A stretch of DNA of 45,418 bases from Octopus bimaculoides (lineage: Eukaryota), in assembly GCF_001194135.2 (NCBI RefSeq), contig NC_068987.1, forward strand, positions 82,635,150-82,680,567, in the 5' to 3' direction. Under the pieces are notes generated by a model. It was not told where the DNA came from. It did not search any database and saw nothing but the letters and a program-made list of their open reading frames with translations. The position numbers and the translations under genes are program-made. Position 1 is the stretch's first letter. Each line of letters opens with the position of its first letter. Positions 1 through 9,576 of this stretch are shown in pieces.

Positions 1-60
<60 letters not shown>
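1..60. repeat. (TG)n microsatellite
   Basis: Pure TG dinucleotide run at the window start. Confidence 0.98.
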
Positions 61-64
<4 letters not shown>

Positions 65-67
65 AGC

Positions 68-115
68 CTGACGAGTTTGGTTCGTTTGACGAGCCCACGA
101 AATTTTAAGTTACAT
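68..115 (+). ncRNA. Degenerate hammerhead-like motif (family E), stem I 5' strand lost
   Basis: CTGACGA (68-74), an imperfect hairpin (75-98), then GAAA (99-102). Downstream sequence is homologous to the motif at 20891-20942. Confidence 0.4.
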
Positions 116-260
116 GGAGCCGAGTCAAACTATTAAATAATATAATGAAAATCAAAAAAAAAAGAAAAGAATAAACAAACATAGTACTCGAGTGACCGTG
201 TCCTGTAATGTTGAATGAAAGATTTTATTACCCAAAGTTACTTATTATCGCAAAACAATA

Positions 261-286
261 ATGATGATGAGGATGATGACGACCAC

Positions 287-333
<47 letters not shown>
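261..333. repeat. (GAT)n microsatellite
   Basis: Direct reading; explains the poly-His and poly-Ile ORFs. Confidence 0.95.
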
Positions 334-335
<2 letters not shown>

Positions 336-555
336 AAAGTGAGTGCGACAACAAGGTATGTATGTATGTAACGTTTTGAGTACAAAAGCCCCAGTGCTAC
401 ATAACATTGAATTGTTATGTTTCCTGTGTACACGACCATCTCTGAATTTCTGATCAAAGCATTTGCCAAACATTGCATTTCCGGAAGTCTTGTGGCCAGA
501 GTAAAAGAATATTAAAATGGCCTTTGCAGTACGATGTTAAATGTTGCCGGACATT

Positions 556-860
556 GTGTATGCGTGTGTGTGTGTGTATGTGTCTGTGTGTTCGTGCGCG
601 CACGCATATATATATATGTGTGTGTGTGCATACATATATATATAAAGAAGCATTTATATATGTTCATACATATATATACAAATATACACACGTATATACG
701 CCTGTTTATGCGCACAAGTGTGTTTCAGGGCGCACGTATACATAGATACATACATACATGTATATATATATATATATATACAAAGAGAGGGGGAAAGAGA
801 GAGATAGAGAGACAGACAGATAGATAGACAGGTAGGTGGGTAGGCAGGTAGATAGATAAT

Positions 861-904
<44 letters not shown>

Positions 905-961
905 CAGGCAGACAGACAGACAGACAAACAGATAGACAGACAGACAGATATATCGACAGAC

Positions 962-1010
<49 letters not shown>

Positions 1011-1052
1011 TGCGTATGCATACATACACACACACACACACACACACACATA
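556..1052. repeat. Compound microsatellite tract (TG/TA, GA, GATA, GACA, CA)
   Basis: Direct reading. Confidence 0.92.
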
Positions 1053-1220
1053 TATTTCGTTTTTGTATTTGGTTTGCAAGATTCTTTATGTGAATTCGTG
1101 TGTTGAAGCATATTTTATTGTGTCTGGGGAGAGTCATTCTCTTTCAGTGCCTTGTTACTTAACGTACTCACCTTAAGGTTGCAAGACGCGACGAAAATTT
1201 CAGAAAAAAATAAATAAGTA

Positions 1221-1332
1221 AATCGACCCCTAGGACTTATTCTTTGTAAGTCTAGTACTTATTTTATCGGACCCTTTCGCCGAACCGCCAAGTTTCGGGG
1301 ACGTAAACACACCAGCATCGGTTGTCAAACGA
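1221..1332 (-). mobile_element. tRNA-derived SINE family 1 (octopus OK-like), 3' half
   Basis: GACTTATTCTTTGTAAGTCTAGTACTTATT...GAACCGCCAAGTTTCGGGGACGTAAACACACCAGCATCGGTTGTCAA recurs more than 10 times in the window. Family name is from memory. Confidence 0.85.
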
Positions 1333-1864
1333 TATATAGATATATAAATATACATATATATCAGGCTAAATAAAAAGTAAGCAACGTGAAATTCATCGCA
1401 ATATATTTCAACAATGCGGAAATTTTATTCATCAAAGTAATACATTTTTGCCAACGAGTTAAAAGTTTGTTTATTCCGGTAACATAAAAATCTGGAGTTC
1501 TGGAGCTGATGAACACTTTGAAGGCACTTTCAGCATCGGTTTCATTTTTGAAATCCTTCTCTCGCAGGAAACCATCAAGGTACTTGAAAAGAAGGCAGTC
1601 AGTTGGAGAAAGGTCTGGGGAATAAACTGGGTGGGGAAGAACTTCGTAGCCAAGTACCCTCAACTTCTGGAGCGTCATTGGGGAAACGAGTGGTCGAGCA
1701 TTGTCATGAATAATGATTGGCCCTCTTCTGTTGATCAGTCTGGAACGGACGAGTAGCAGTTTTTCGTTCATTTTGGCAATTTCATGGCAATATGTTCTGC
1801 AGCAATGGTTTTTCTGGACATTATTTACATTTGACGGATATCTATTCTCATCTTGTTTGTTGTT

Positions 1865-1910
1865 AACACAACGTTTCGGCTGATATACCCTCCAGCCTTC
1901 ATCAGGTGTC
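1865..1910 (-). ncRNA. Type I hammerhead ribozyme motif (family A), intact core
   Basis: Minus strand reads GACAC CTGATGA A GGCTG gagggtatat CAGCC GAAAC GTT GTGTT: stems I and II pair, stem III is the palindrome AACGUU, cleavage triplet GUU. Confidence 0.8.
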
Positions 1911-1956
1911 TTGGGGAAATTTCGAGCCTGGGTTCTCATTCCTAAGGTATGCTCAC

Positions 1957-2029
1957 GGGCATGTGGCGTAGTGGTTTAGAGCGCGGGCTACTAACCCCAA
2001 GATTCCGAATTCGATTCCAGACAGTGACC
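1957..2029 (+). ncRNA. tRNA-like Pol III head (A box TGGCGTAGTGG 1964-1974; B-box-like ATTCGATTCC 2009-2018)
   Basis: Box spacing is tRNA-like and the sequence resembles tRNA-Arg(ACG) as recalled. The acceptor stem does not pair well, so it is a SINE head rather than a tRNA gene. Confidence 0.75.
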
Positions 2030-2046
2030 TGAATAATAACAACAAC

Positions 2047-2088
<42 letters not shown>

Positions 2089-2136
2089 TTCGAAAAATAG
2101 CTTAGGAATGAGAACCGAGGTTCGAAATTTCCCCAA

Positions 2137-2182
2137 GACACCTGATGAAGGCTGGAGAGTATCTCAGCCGAAGCGTTGTGCT
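2137..2182 (+). ncRNA. Hammerhead motif (family A) with GAAAC>GAAGC change
   Basis: GACAC CTGATGA A GGCTG gagagtatct CAGCC GAAGC GTT GTGCT. Confidence 0.7.
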
Positions 2183-2670
2183 AACAAGATGAGGACAAAT
2201 ATCCGTCAAATGTAAATAATCTAAATAATCTAAATAATGTACATAATCCCCTATCTCTTAAATATAGAACTAGTTTTTCTGGGTTTTAAGAAGTTATAGT
2301 GGATGAGTCCTGCAGTACACCACCAAACAGTCACCATAACCTTCTCTTTGAAGAGCTTGGGTTTAGGGAAGATTTTCGGTGCTTCATTTTGGTCCAACCA
2401 CTGCGAAGAACGTTTTTCATTATTGTACAGAATCCACTTTTCATCGCAAGTTACAATACGGTCAAGAAAGGGATCAGTCTGGTTACAGAGAAGCGACGAA
2501 CAAATTTCATATCTGCCCATTTTCTAATTTTCATTCAAATCGTGTGGTATTATATATATATACAGCTTAATTTTACCATTAAGCTGTAATTAGCAGAACC
2601 ATATACACGCGCACCCATGGCGGTGGGCAACTCTGTATACGATTCTGATGATTGCGGTTACATTACAAAT

Positions 2671-2727
2671 CAGGCTGAAGAGGAATGGACAATCGGTAAG
2701 AATTGTTAAATCCGAAACCGGTACCTG
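2671..2727 (+). ncRNA. Type I hammerhead ribozyme motif (family B), intact core
   Basis: CAGG CTGAAGA GGA..(inner GACAAT/ATTGTT helix)..TCC GAAAC CG GTA CCTG: palindromic stem III ACCGGU, triplet GUA. Confidence 0.8.
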
Positions 2728-3015
2728 TTTAATAATGTTTTTTTAGGTGATTTTAAATGTCTTGCCCGCTTACGTTTTGGATTGCTGCTATATTTCATGT
2801 TGAGAACAATTTAGGTCTTAATAGACACAAGATGTGATCTATTTCTAGCACATTAATTGTCCACGTCAGTGGTCAACGTTATTTTTTTAAAATGTACCTT
2901 AATCCCCTGAGATTGCAGATAATATTTCTGAATCTCTTTGATTCTTTAGATTTGCTGGCCTCCTGATAATTGATCAATATTAATTAATATGTGATTAATT
3001 ACCAGATTTTATAAT

Positions 3016-3064
<49 letters not shown>

Positions 3065-3351
3065 GCAGACAGACAAAGATGCTCATGAGGCAGCTACCTC
3101 CCCTGTTAGTGTATATTGCGCTCTTCTTACAGCATTAAAAGATTTTAACTCTTATTTCTCGAAATGTAGGTGCTTCAACATCCTTAGTCGAAGATTAAAT
3201 TTCTCGTTTATGGTATTATATTGCGCCTAACTGTTTATATTAATTTTTTGCATGCGCATTAGCATTTCGCTAAATCAACCCTAAATTTTAATGGTAAATA
3301 TATATATACTGGCAGACGGAATCAGCCAAAGTATCAACTGTCTGAGCAGCC

Positions 3352-3392
3352 ACTACTGACGATGCCTACGAAAGCGGCGAAACTAGTCTAGT
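3352..3392 (+). ncRNA. Type I hammerhead ribozyme motif (family C), intact core
   Basis: ACTA CTGACGA T GCC tacgaaagc GGC GAAAC TA GTC TAGT: palindromic stem III ACUAGU, triplet GUC. Confidence 0.8.
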
Positions 3393-3457
3393 CTAGTGAT
3401 TCTACAGACGGTCTTGGGACGGTTACCTCCCCTGGCAGTGTATATATATATATATTG

Positions 3458-3685
3458 AAGCCATGATAGATTGTTGACCAAACACCATTCAAATCGTTGA
3501 CCAAACACCATTCAATTTTTTTCTCCGTGTTTTTCTCCTTGTTTTCTCCGTATTCTTTCTGTTGAAGAGCGTAGCTCGAAACGTTAAAGACTTTCTCTAT
3601 TCCCGAGCGTCAAACTAATACATCCTTTTTTTTTGTTTACACCACCTGTCCTCGTCTGTTGTTGTTTTTTTTCGTACATTCTCCC
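3458..3685 (+). mobile_element. Penelope-like terminal fragment (family D) with variant hammerhead at 3554-3590
   Basis: TCTTT CTGTTGA A GAGC gta GCTC GAAAC GTT AAAGA. Flanked by duplicated ATATATATATATTG. Related pieces at about 10990-11092 (-), 19140-19200 (-) and 43130-43245 (+). Confidence 0.65.
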
Positions 3686-3972
3686 ATATATATATATTGC
3701 ACTTTTCTTACAACATTAGGAGTTTTTAACTCTTATTTCTAGCAATGTAGGTGCTTCGGCACCCTAGGTCATACTTAGTGATGATTATTTTTCCTTTATA
3801 GTACGTCATTACGCCTAGCTGATCATATTAATTATGCTATGAACACAAAAACAGCCGTTTCTGCTATAAAGTGATGCACAAGCACTCAGCTCTGATTGCA
3901 CTGCCTCTTATAGCAGAAACAGTTGTAAGCTAATGAATTTCGCTGCATAATTTCCCGCTCTTTTCTCATTTT

Positions 3973-4147
3973 ATAATTACATATACACACATACATACAT
4001 AATATATACATACATGCATACATACATACACACATACATACACATGCATACACGCACGCATACACACACACATATATATATGTATATATTCACACATACA
4101 TACGTGTGAGTATGTGTGTGTGTATGTGTGTGTGTGTATGTGTGTAT

Positions 4148-4190
<43 letters not shown>
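3973..4190. repeat. Compound (TACA)/(CA)/(TG) microsatellite
   Basis: Direct reading. Confidence 0.9.
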
Positions 4191-5366
4191 CATTTGAGTG
4201 CACATGATGATACTCTTTTACCTTTTGAACCATTGGACTGTTTTTCTGGCCATCCAGACCAAAATATTGACCTCTTGTACTTCGTATTTGGTGAACGTGT
4301 GTTGGCCATTTTTTTTGTATATATATATANNNNNNNNNNNNNNNNNNNNNNNNNNNNNNNNNNNNNNNNNNNNNNNNNNNNNNNNNNNNNNNNNNNNNNN
4401 NNNNNNNNNNNNNNNNNNNNNNNNNNNNNNNNNNNNNNNNNNNNNNNNNNNNNNNNNNNNNNNNNNNNNNNNNNNNNNNNNNNNNNNNNNNNNNNNNNNN
4501 NNNNNNNNNNNNNNNNNNNNNNNNNNNNATATATAATTATTTACTTTATTTTTCTTTTTTATTTACTTTCTCTTTCTTTACTCACATGTGGATCTCCAGC
4601 TACAATGTAAGTTATCCGGGAATGTACAAAATAGAATGTAGCGGTGCTGTTCGAAAATGTTGACACCACCTCCTTTTATTCAACAAAAACAATAACAACA
4701 TGTAACAAAAACATCTTTAAATGATTATTCCGGAGCATATTCACTATCTACTTCAACTACTGCTTCCCATTTGCTTGGCAGACGGTCAGACCGTCATTTA
4801 AAGATGTTTTTGTTAAATATTGCTATTGTTTTTGTTGAATAAAATTTCTTGAAAAAAAAAAGCCGCAATAATTATGCACCAATCTAATACATACATACAT
4901 ACATACATACACACATGCATACATGCTTGCATACATACATTCATACGTGTTTGTATACTTGCATTGGTACACGCACATACATACGCACACACCACACACA
5001 TCCCTTAAAAATTAACATTTCTCTTTATCTTAGAAGCATTCTTTGTCTAAATGTCAATATGATCGTGTTCCAATTATCTTCCTTAAATCATGGACGAGAG
5101 AAAAATGACGAGTGCACGAAGGGTTTTAGCATAATCATTAAGCTATCTGTTCTCTCTTTTGTTGCTGTTATTTTTTAGCCGTAGGTCAGCAGCCCTCATC
5201 GAGCAAACTTATTATCAAAGACCTTCTGAAAATGACCAGTACGTCTTTTTGTTTCCAGACATTGTGTCTCTAGGGTTATATTATCCAAAGTGCTCTTCAT
5301 TTATAAAGCAAAATATGAGGAAATGTCGGTGTTGTTGTTGTTGTTATTAATGATGCTGAAAAAATA

Positions 5367-5600
5367 GTGAGTTGGCAGGATTGCCAACGCACCGGGCAAA
5401 ATGCTTAGTGCTATTTCCGTCTCTACGTTCTGAGTTCAAATTCCGCCGAGGTTGATTTTTGCCTTTCCTCCTTTCGGATTCGATAACATATGTACTAGTT
5501 AAGTACTAGCATCGATAACACAAGGACCAGTTGAGCACTGGTGTCAATAAAATAAGTACCAGTTGAATATTGGTGTCAATGTTACCCCCTCCCCGATTTG
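5367..5600 (+). mobile_element. tRNA-derived SINE family 2 (octopus OR-like) with triplicated 32-bp module
   Basis: GTGAGTTGGCAGGATT...CTGAGTTCAAATTCCGCCGAGG...GCCTTTCCTCCTTTCGG matches the other family 2 copies. Confidence 0.8.
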
Positions 5601-7432
5601 AAACCGTTCTTAATGATGTTAAGAATACTGTGAGCTGGCAGAATCGTTTGAGCATCGGGGAAAATGTCTTGCGTCATTTGTTCTCTCTTTTCATTCTGCT
5701 TTNNNNNNNNNNNNNNNNNNNNNNNNNNNNNNNNNNNNNNNNNNNNNNNNNNNNNNNNNNNNNNNNNNNNNNNNNNNNNNNNNNNNNNNNNNNNNNNNNN
5801 NNNNNNNNNNNNNNNNNNNNNNNNNNNNNNNNNNNNNNNNNNNNNNNNNNNNNNNNNNNNNNNNNNNNNNNNNNNNNNNNNNNNNNNNNNNNNNNNNNNN
5901 NNNNNNNNNNNNNNNNNNNNNNNNNNNNNNNNNNNNNNNNNNNNNNNNNNNNNNNNNNNNNNNNNNNNNNNNNNNNNNNNNNNNNNNNNNNNNNNNNNNN
6001 NNNNNNNNNNNNNNNNNNNNNNNNNNNNNNNNNNNNNNNNNNNNNNNNNNNNNNNNNNNNNNNNNNNNNNNNNNNNNNNNNNNNNNNNNNNNNNNNNNNN
6101 NNNNNNNNNNNNNNNNNNNNNNNNNNNNNNNNNNNNNNNNNNNNNNNNNNNNNNNNNNNNNNNNNNNNNNNNNNNNNNNNNNNNNNNNNNNNNNNNNNNN
6201 NNNNNNNNNNNNNNNNNNNNNNNNNNNNNNNNNNNNNNNNNNNNNNNNNNNNNNNNNNNNNNNNNNNNNNNNNNNNNNNNNNNNNNNNNNNNNNNNNNNN
6301 NNNNNNNNNNNNNNNNNNNNNNNNNNNNNNNNNNNNNNNNNNNNNNNNNNNNNNNNNNNNNNNNNNNNNNNNNNNNNNNNNNNNNNNNNNNNNNNNNNNN
6401 NNNNNNNNNNNNNNNNNNNNNNNNNNNNNNNNNNNNNNNNNNNNNNNNNNNNNNNNNNNNNNNNNNNNNNNNNNNNNNNNNNNNNNNNNNATCAAAGAAA
6501 TCTATGATCAAAAGCGTTTCAGTCGCAATCATCTCTGTTTTGTTTATTTTCTCTTCAGGCATAGTGTATCTAGGACAACCTTATTTAATGTGCCTTTACC
6601 CCCAAGTTTTTTTGTTTTTTTTTTTCTAAATTAGCAACTTTTGGTTCGAAGGAGATTTGTGTGGTATTTATTTTTAGTAGATGGACCGACGAAGCAGGAA
6701 GAAGGTTCTTGCTCGTTGGGTCGTGAGATGGAGAAATATGTATAACTCCGTGTTAATAGTCAGGAAATTGTCCATTTTTTTACTTTCAGTACTGTTACAG
6801 TTGAACAAACTATAAAAGAGAGTCTGTCTACCTACCTACCTACCTACCTACCTACCTACCTATCTGTTTGTCTATCTATCGATGCATCTATCTATCCATT
6901 TACCTATCTAAATATCTCTGTTCATACATACATATATCAATATATATATATATNNNNNNNNNNNNNNNNNNNNNNNNNNNNNNNNNNNNNNNNNNNNNNN
7001 NNNNNNNNNNNNNNNNNNNNNNNNNNNNNNNNNNNNNNNNNNNNNNNNNNNNNNNNNNNNNNNNNNNNNNNNNNNNNNNNNNNNNNNNNNNNNNNNNNNN
7101 NNNNNNNNNNNNNNNNNNNNNNNNNNNNNNNNNNNNNNNNNNNNNNNNNNNNNNNNNNNNNNNNNNNNNNNNNNNNNNNNNNNNNNNNNNNNNNNNNNNN
7201 NNNNNNNNNNNNNNNNNNNNNNNNNNNNNNNNNNNNNNNNNNNNNNNNNNNNNNNNNNNNNNNNNNNNNNNNNNNNNNNNNNNNNNNNNNNNNNNNNNNN
7301 NNNNNNNNNNNNNNNNNNNNNNNNNNNNNNNNNNNNNNNNNNNNNNNNNNNNNNNNNNNNNNNNNNNNNNNNNNNNNNNNNNNNNNNNNNNNNNNNNNNN
7401 NNNNNNNNNNNTATATATATATAGATATATAT

Positions 7433-7575
7433 ATATACGACGGGCTTCTTTCAGTTTCCGTCTGCCAAATCCACTCACAAGGTTATGGTCGACCTGAGGC
7501 TATAGTAGAAGACACCTGCCCAAGGTGTAGGCAGTGGGACTGAACCCAGAACCATATGGTTGGGAAGCAAGTTTT
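7433..7575 (-). mobile_element. SINE family 1, 5' half (tRNA-like head)
   Basis: CGACGGGCTTCTTTCAGTTTCCGTC...CAGTGGGACTGAACCCAGAACCATATGGTTTGGGAAGCAAG. Confidence 0.85.
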
Positions 7576-7734
7576 TTTTACCACAGATAGATAGATAAAT
7601 AAATAGATAGATACACACACACACACATATATGTGTGTATGTATGTGCATGAATGTGTGTGTGTGCATGTGTGTGTGAATGTGTGTATGTATATGCATGA
7701 ATGTGTGTGTTTGTCTGCGTGTGTGTGTGTGCTT

Positions 7735-7905
7735 CCTCTCTCTGCTTTACAACCAGTGTTAGTTTGTTTACGACCAATGTAACTTAGTGGTCTGGCAAAA
7801 GAGACCACAAAATAAGTACCAGACTTTAAAATAGATACCGAAGGTCATCATCAGTTCGACTAGAACCCTCCAAAGCGGTGCCCCAGCATGGCCGTAGACC
7901 ACCGA
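7735..7905 (+). mobile_element. SINE family 1, 3' half, degraded
   Basis: GTAACTTAGTGGTCTGGCAAAAGAGACC...GCGGTGCCCCAGCATGGCCG. Confidence 0.75.
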
Positions 7906-8090
7906 GTGAAACAAGTAGAAGAGTTAACGATGAACGCTAACCAAGATTTGAAGCAAAGTCAAAGATTTCATCGGACGACTGTTGTGAGTGCAACTGCACT
8001 TAATCTGCACTGTCGCTTTGTAATTCGCACTTCATGGGAACGGATGATAAAGTTTCAAACAATTCATTGAAACATAGTTACGAAATGCAT

Positions 8091-8121
<31 letters not shown>

Positions 8122-8157
8122 AACAGACAGATAGACAGACAGATTCAGATATACTAT

Positions 8158-8400
8158 CTTTGTTTCTTTTACTAGTATCAGTCTTGACTGCGGCCATACT
8201 GGGGCACCACCTTGAGGAAATTTTAGTCGAATGAATAAACCCCAGTACTTGCTTTTCAAAAAAAAAGCCTCGTACTTATTCTATCGGTCTCTTTTGGAGA
8301 GCCGCTTGGTTACGGGGACGGAGGCAAACCAGCACCGTTTGTCAAGTGGTAGCGGGGGACATACACAGACACAAAGATACGAACACACATACACACACTC
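8158..8400 (-). mobile_element. SINE family 1, 3' half
   Basis: TCAGTCTTGACTGCGGCCATACTGGGGCACC...GTACTTATTCTATCGGTCTCTTTT. Confidence 0.85.
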
Positions 8401-8460
8401 ACACACATATACACAGATATATATATATATAGTGGTGTATGCGTATTTATATATATGTAC

Positions 8461-8523
8461 GGCGTAGTGGTTAAGAGCGCGGGCTACTAACCCCAATATT
8501 CCGAGTTCGATTCCAGGCAGTGA

Positions 8524-8562
<39 letters not shown>

Positions 8563-8724
8563 CAACAACATCGAAAAATACCTTAGGAATGAGAACCCAG
8601 GTTCGAAATTTCCCCAAGACACCTGATGAAGGCTGGAGAGTATATCGACCGAAACGTTGTGTTAGCAACAAACAAGATGAGGACAAATATCTGTCAAATG
8701 TAAATAATGTACATAATTCCTCAT
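8461..8724 (+). mobile_element. Second copy of the tRNA-head + (AAT)n + hammerhead-tail element (runs into a gap)
   Basis: About 90% similar by eye to 1965-2250. A box GGCGTAGTGG, B box GTTCGATTCC, hammerhead motif at 8618-8663 with two stem II changes. Confidence 0.88.
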
Positions 8725-9521
8725 NNNNNNNNNNNNNNNNNNNNNNNNNNNNNNNNNNNNNNNNNNNNNNNNNNNNNNNNNNNNNNNNNNNNNNNNNNNN
8801 NNNNNNNNNNNNNNNNNNNNNNNNNNNNNNNNNNNNNNNNNNNNNNNNNNNNNNNNNNNNNNNNNNNNNNNNNNNNNNNNNNNNNNNNNNNNNNNNNNNN
8901 NNNNNNNNNNTATATATATATATATATTATAATGGTGTTAAAGCCAATTTCTTCGTTATTAAATGGATCAATGAGCGAGTTAAAAGTTGTAAGATGTAGT
9001 TGAAATTATCCTCCTCCTACTAGCAAGGATAGTTTTATGCTACTCAGTTCTCTATCTAGTTTGTAACAGCTAATTATTGTGTGTCGTATCATGGCCGCTT
9101 ATATGTTCTTGACATCCATTACCAGTGCAGTTAAGCTAAATAATTAGCCATTACATGTAATACATCTTTAAATATAAACTATTTGCCGTTGGAGCGATGA
9201 GGAAATATGATAACAGCCCTGTCAGCTTAGTTTCGTCATGCTATCGTGAAGTTGGCGTGTTTATCAAATAGCAGGGCTTATTCTACCTGAACGTGTTTCA
9301 CACTTGAATTAAACCATGCCGTGAATGTAGCTTTGAGATATATATTTCCCTGTACGTTAGATATTACGAGACCGTTTCTAAACAAGCACTGAGAGAGCGA
9401 AAACATTTTGATCTGATGAAAGTGAGGCAAGTGTACGACTGACTTCTTAACGACTTCAGCATATAATCTTGAAAATGGGAAGAGAATAAGCTTTAATGCT
9501 CTGTATGTGTATGTGTGTACA

Positions 9522-9576
<55 letters not shown>

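Larger units (their letters stand above)
1818..2272 (+). mobile_element. Composite retroelement: inverted hammerhead tail + tRNA-like head + (AAT)n + hammerhead tail
   Basis: Flanked by GTTTTTCTGG at 1808-1817 and 2273-2282. Arms 1818-1950 and 2097-2240 are reverse complements. A second copy lies at 8461-8724. Confidence 0.88.
1361..2550 (-). mobile_element. Mariner DNA transposon, 5'-truncated, interrupted by a 455-bp insertion
   Basis: TA|TCAGGC TIR-like end at 1361, plus transposase remnants on either side of the insertion. Confidence 0.92.
1430..2550 (-). pseudogene. Mariner (Hsmar1/SETMAR-like) transposase remnant, catalytic half
   Basis: IPHDL (WVPHEL-like), DRIVTCDEKWILY, HDNARP, YSPDLSPTD and RWQKC motifs. 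Has a stop, a frameshift and an insertion at 1818-2272. Confidence 0.93.
3093..3846 (+). repeat. Diverged ~329-bp tandem repeat (about 1.6 units) containing a hammerhead
   Basis: TACCTCCCCTG..AGTGTATA at about 3095 and 3424. TTAACTCTTATTTCT..AATGTAGGTGCTTC occurs in both units. Unit 2 is split by the insertion at 3458-3685. Confidence 0.75.

Noticed and set aside
1361-1939. 192-aa ORF as a real fusion protein
   Set aside because: Its N-terminal part is the inverted ribozyme arm read in frame by chance with a transposase remnant.
1957-2029. Functional tRNA gene
   Set aside because: The acceptor stem does not pair, the B box is mutated in this copy, and the sequence is embedded in a repeated composite element.
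3465-3520. Direct 23-bp duplication (GTTGACCAAACACCATTCAA..) as a CRISPR-like repeat
   Set aside because: Only two adjacent copies with no spacers, in eukaryotic DNA; simple slippage.
4201-5240. Possible exons AHDDTLLPFEPLDCFSGHPDQNIDLLYFVF and GQQPSSSKLIIKDLLKMT
   Set aside because: Phases are compatible, but the first acceptor is weak and no homology is recognised.
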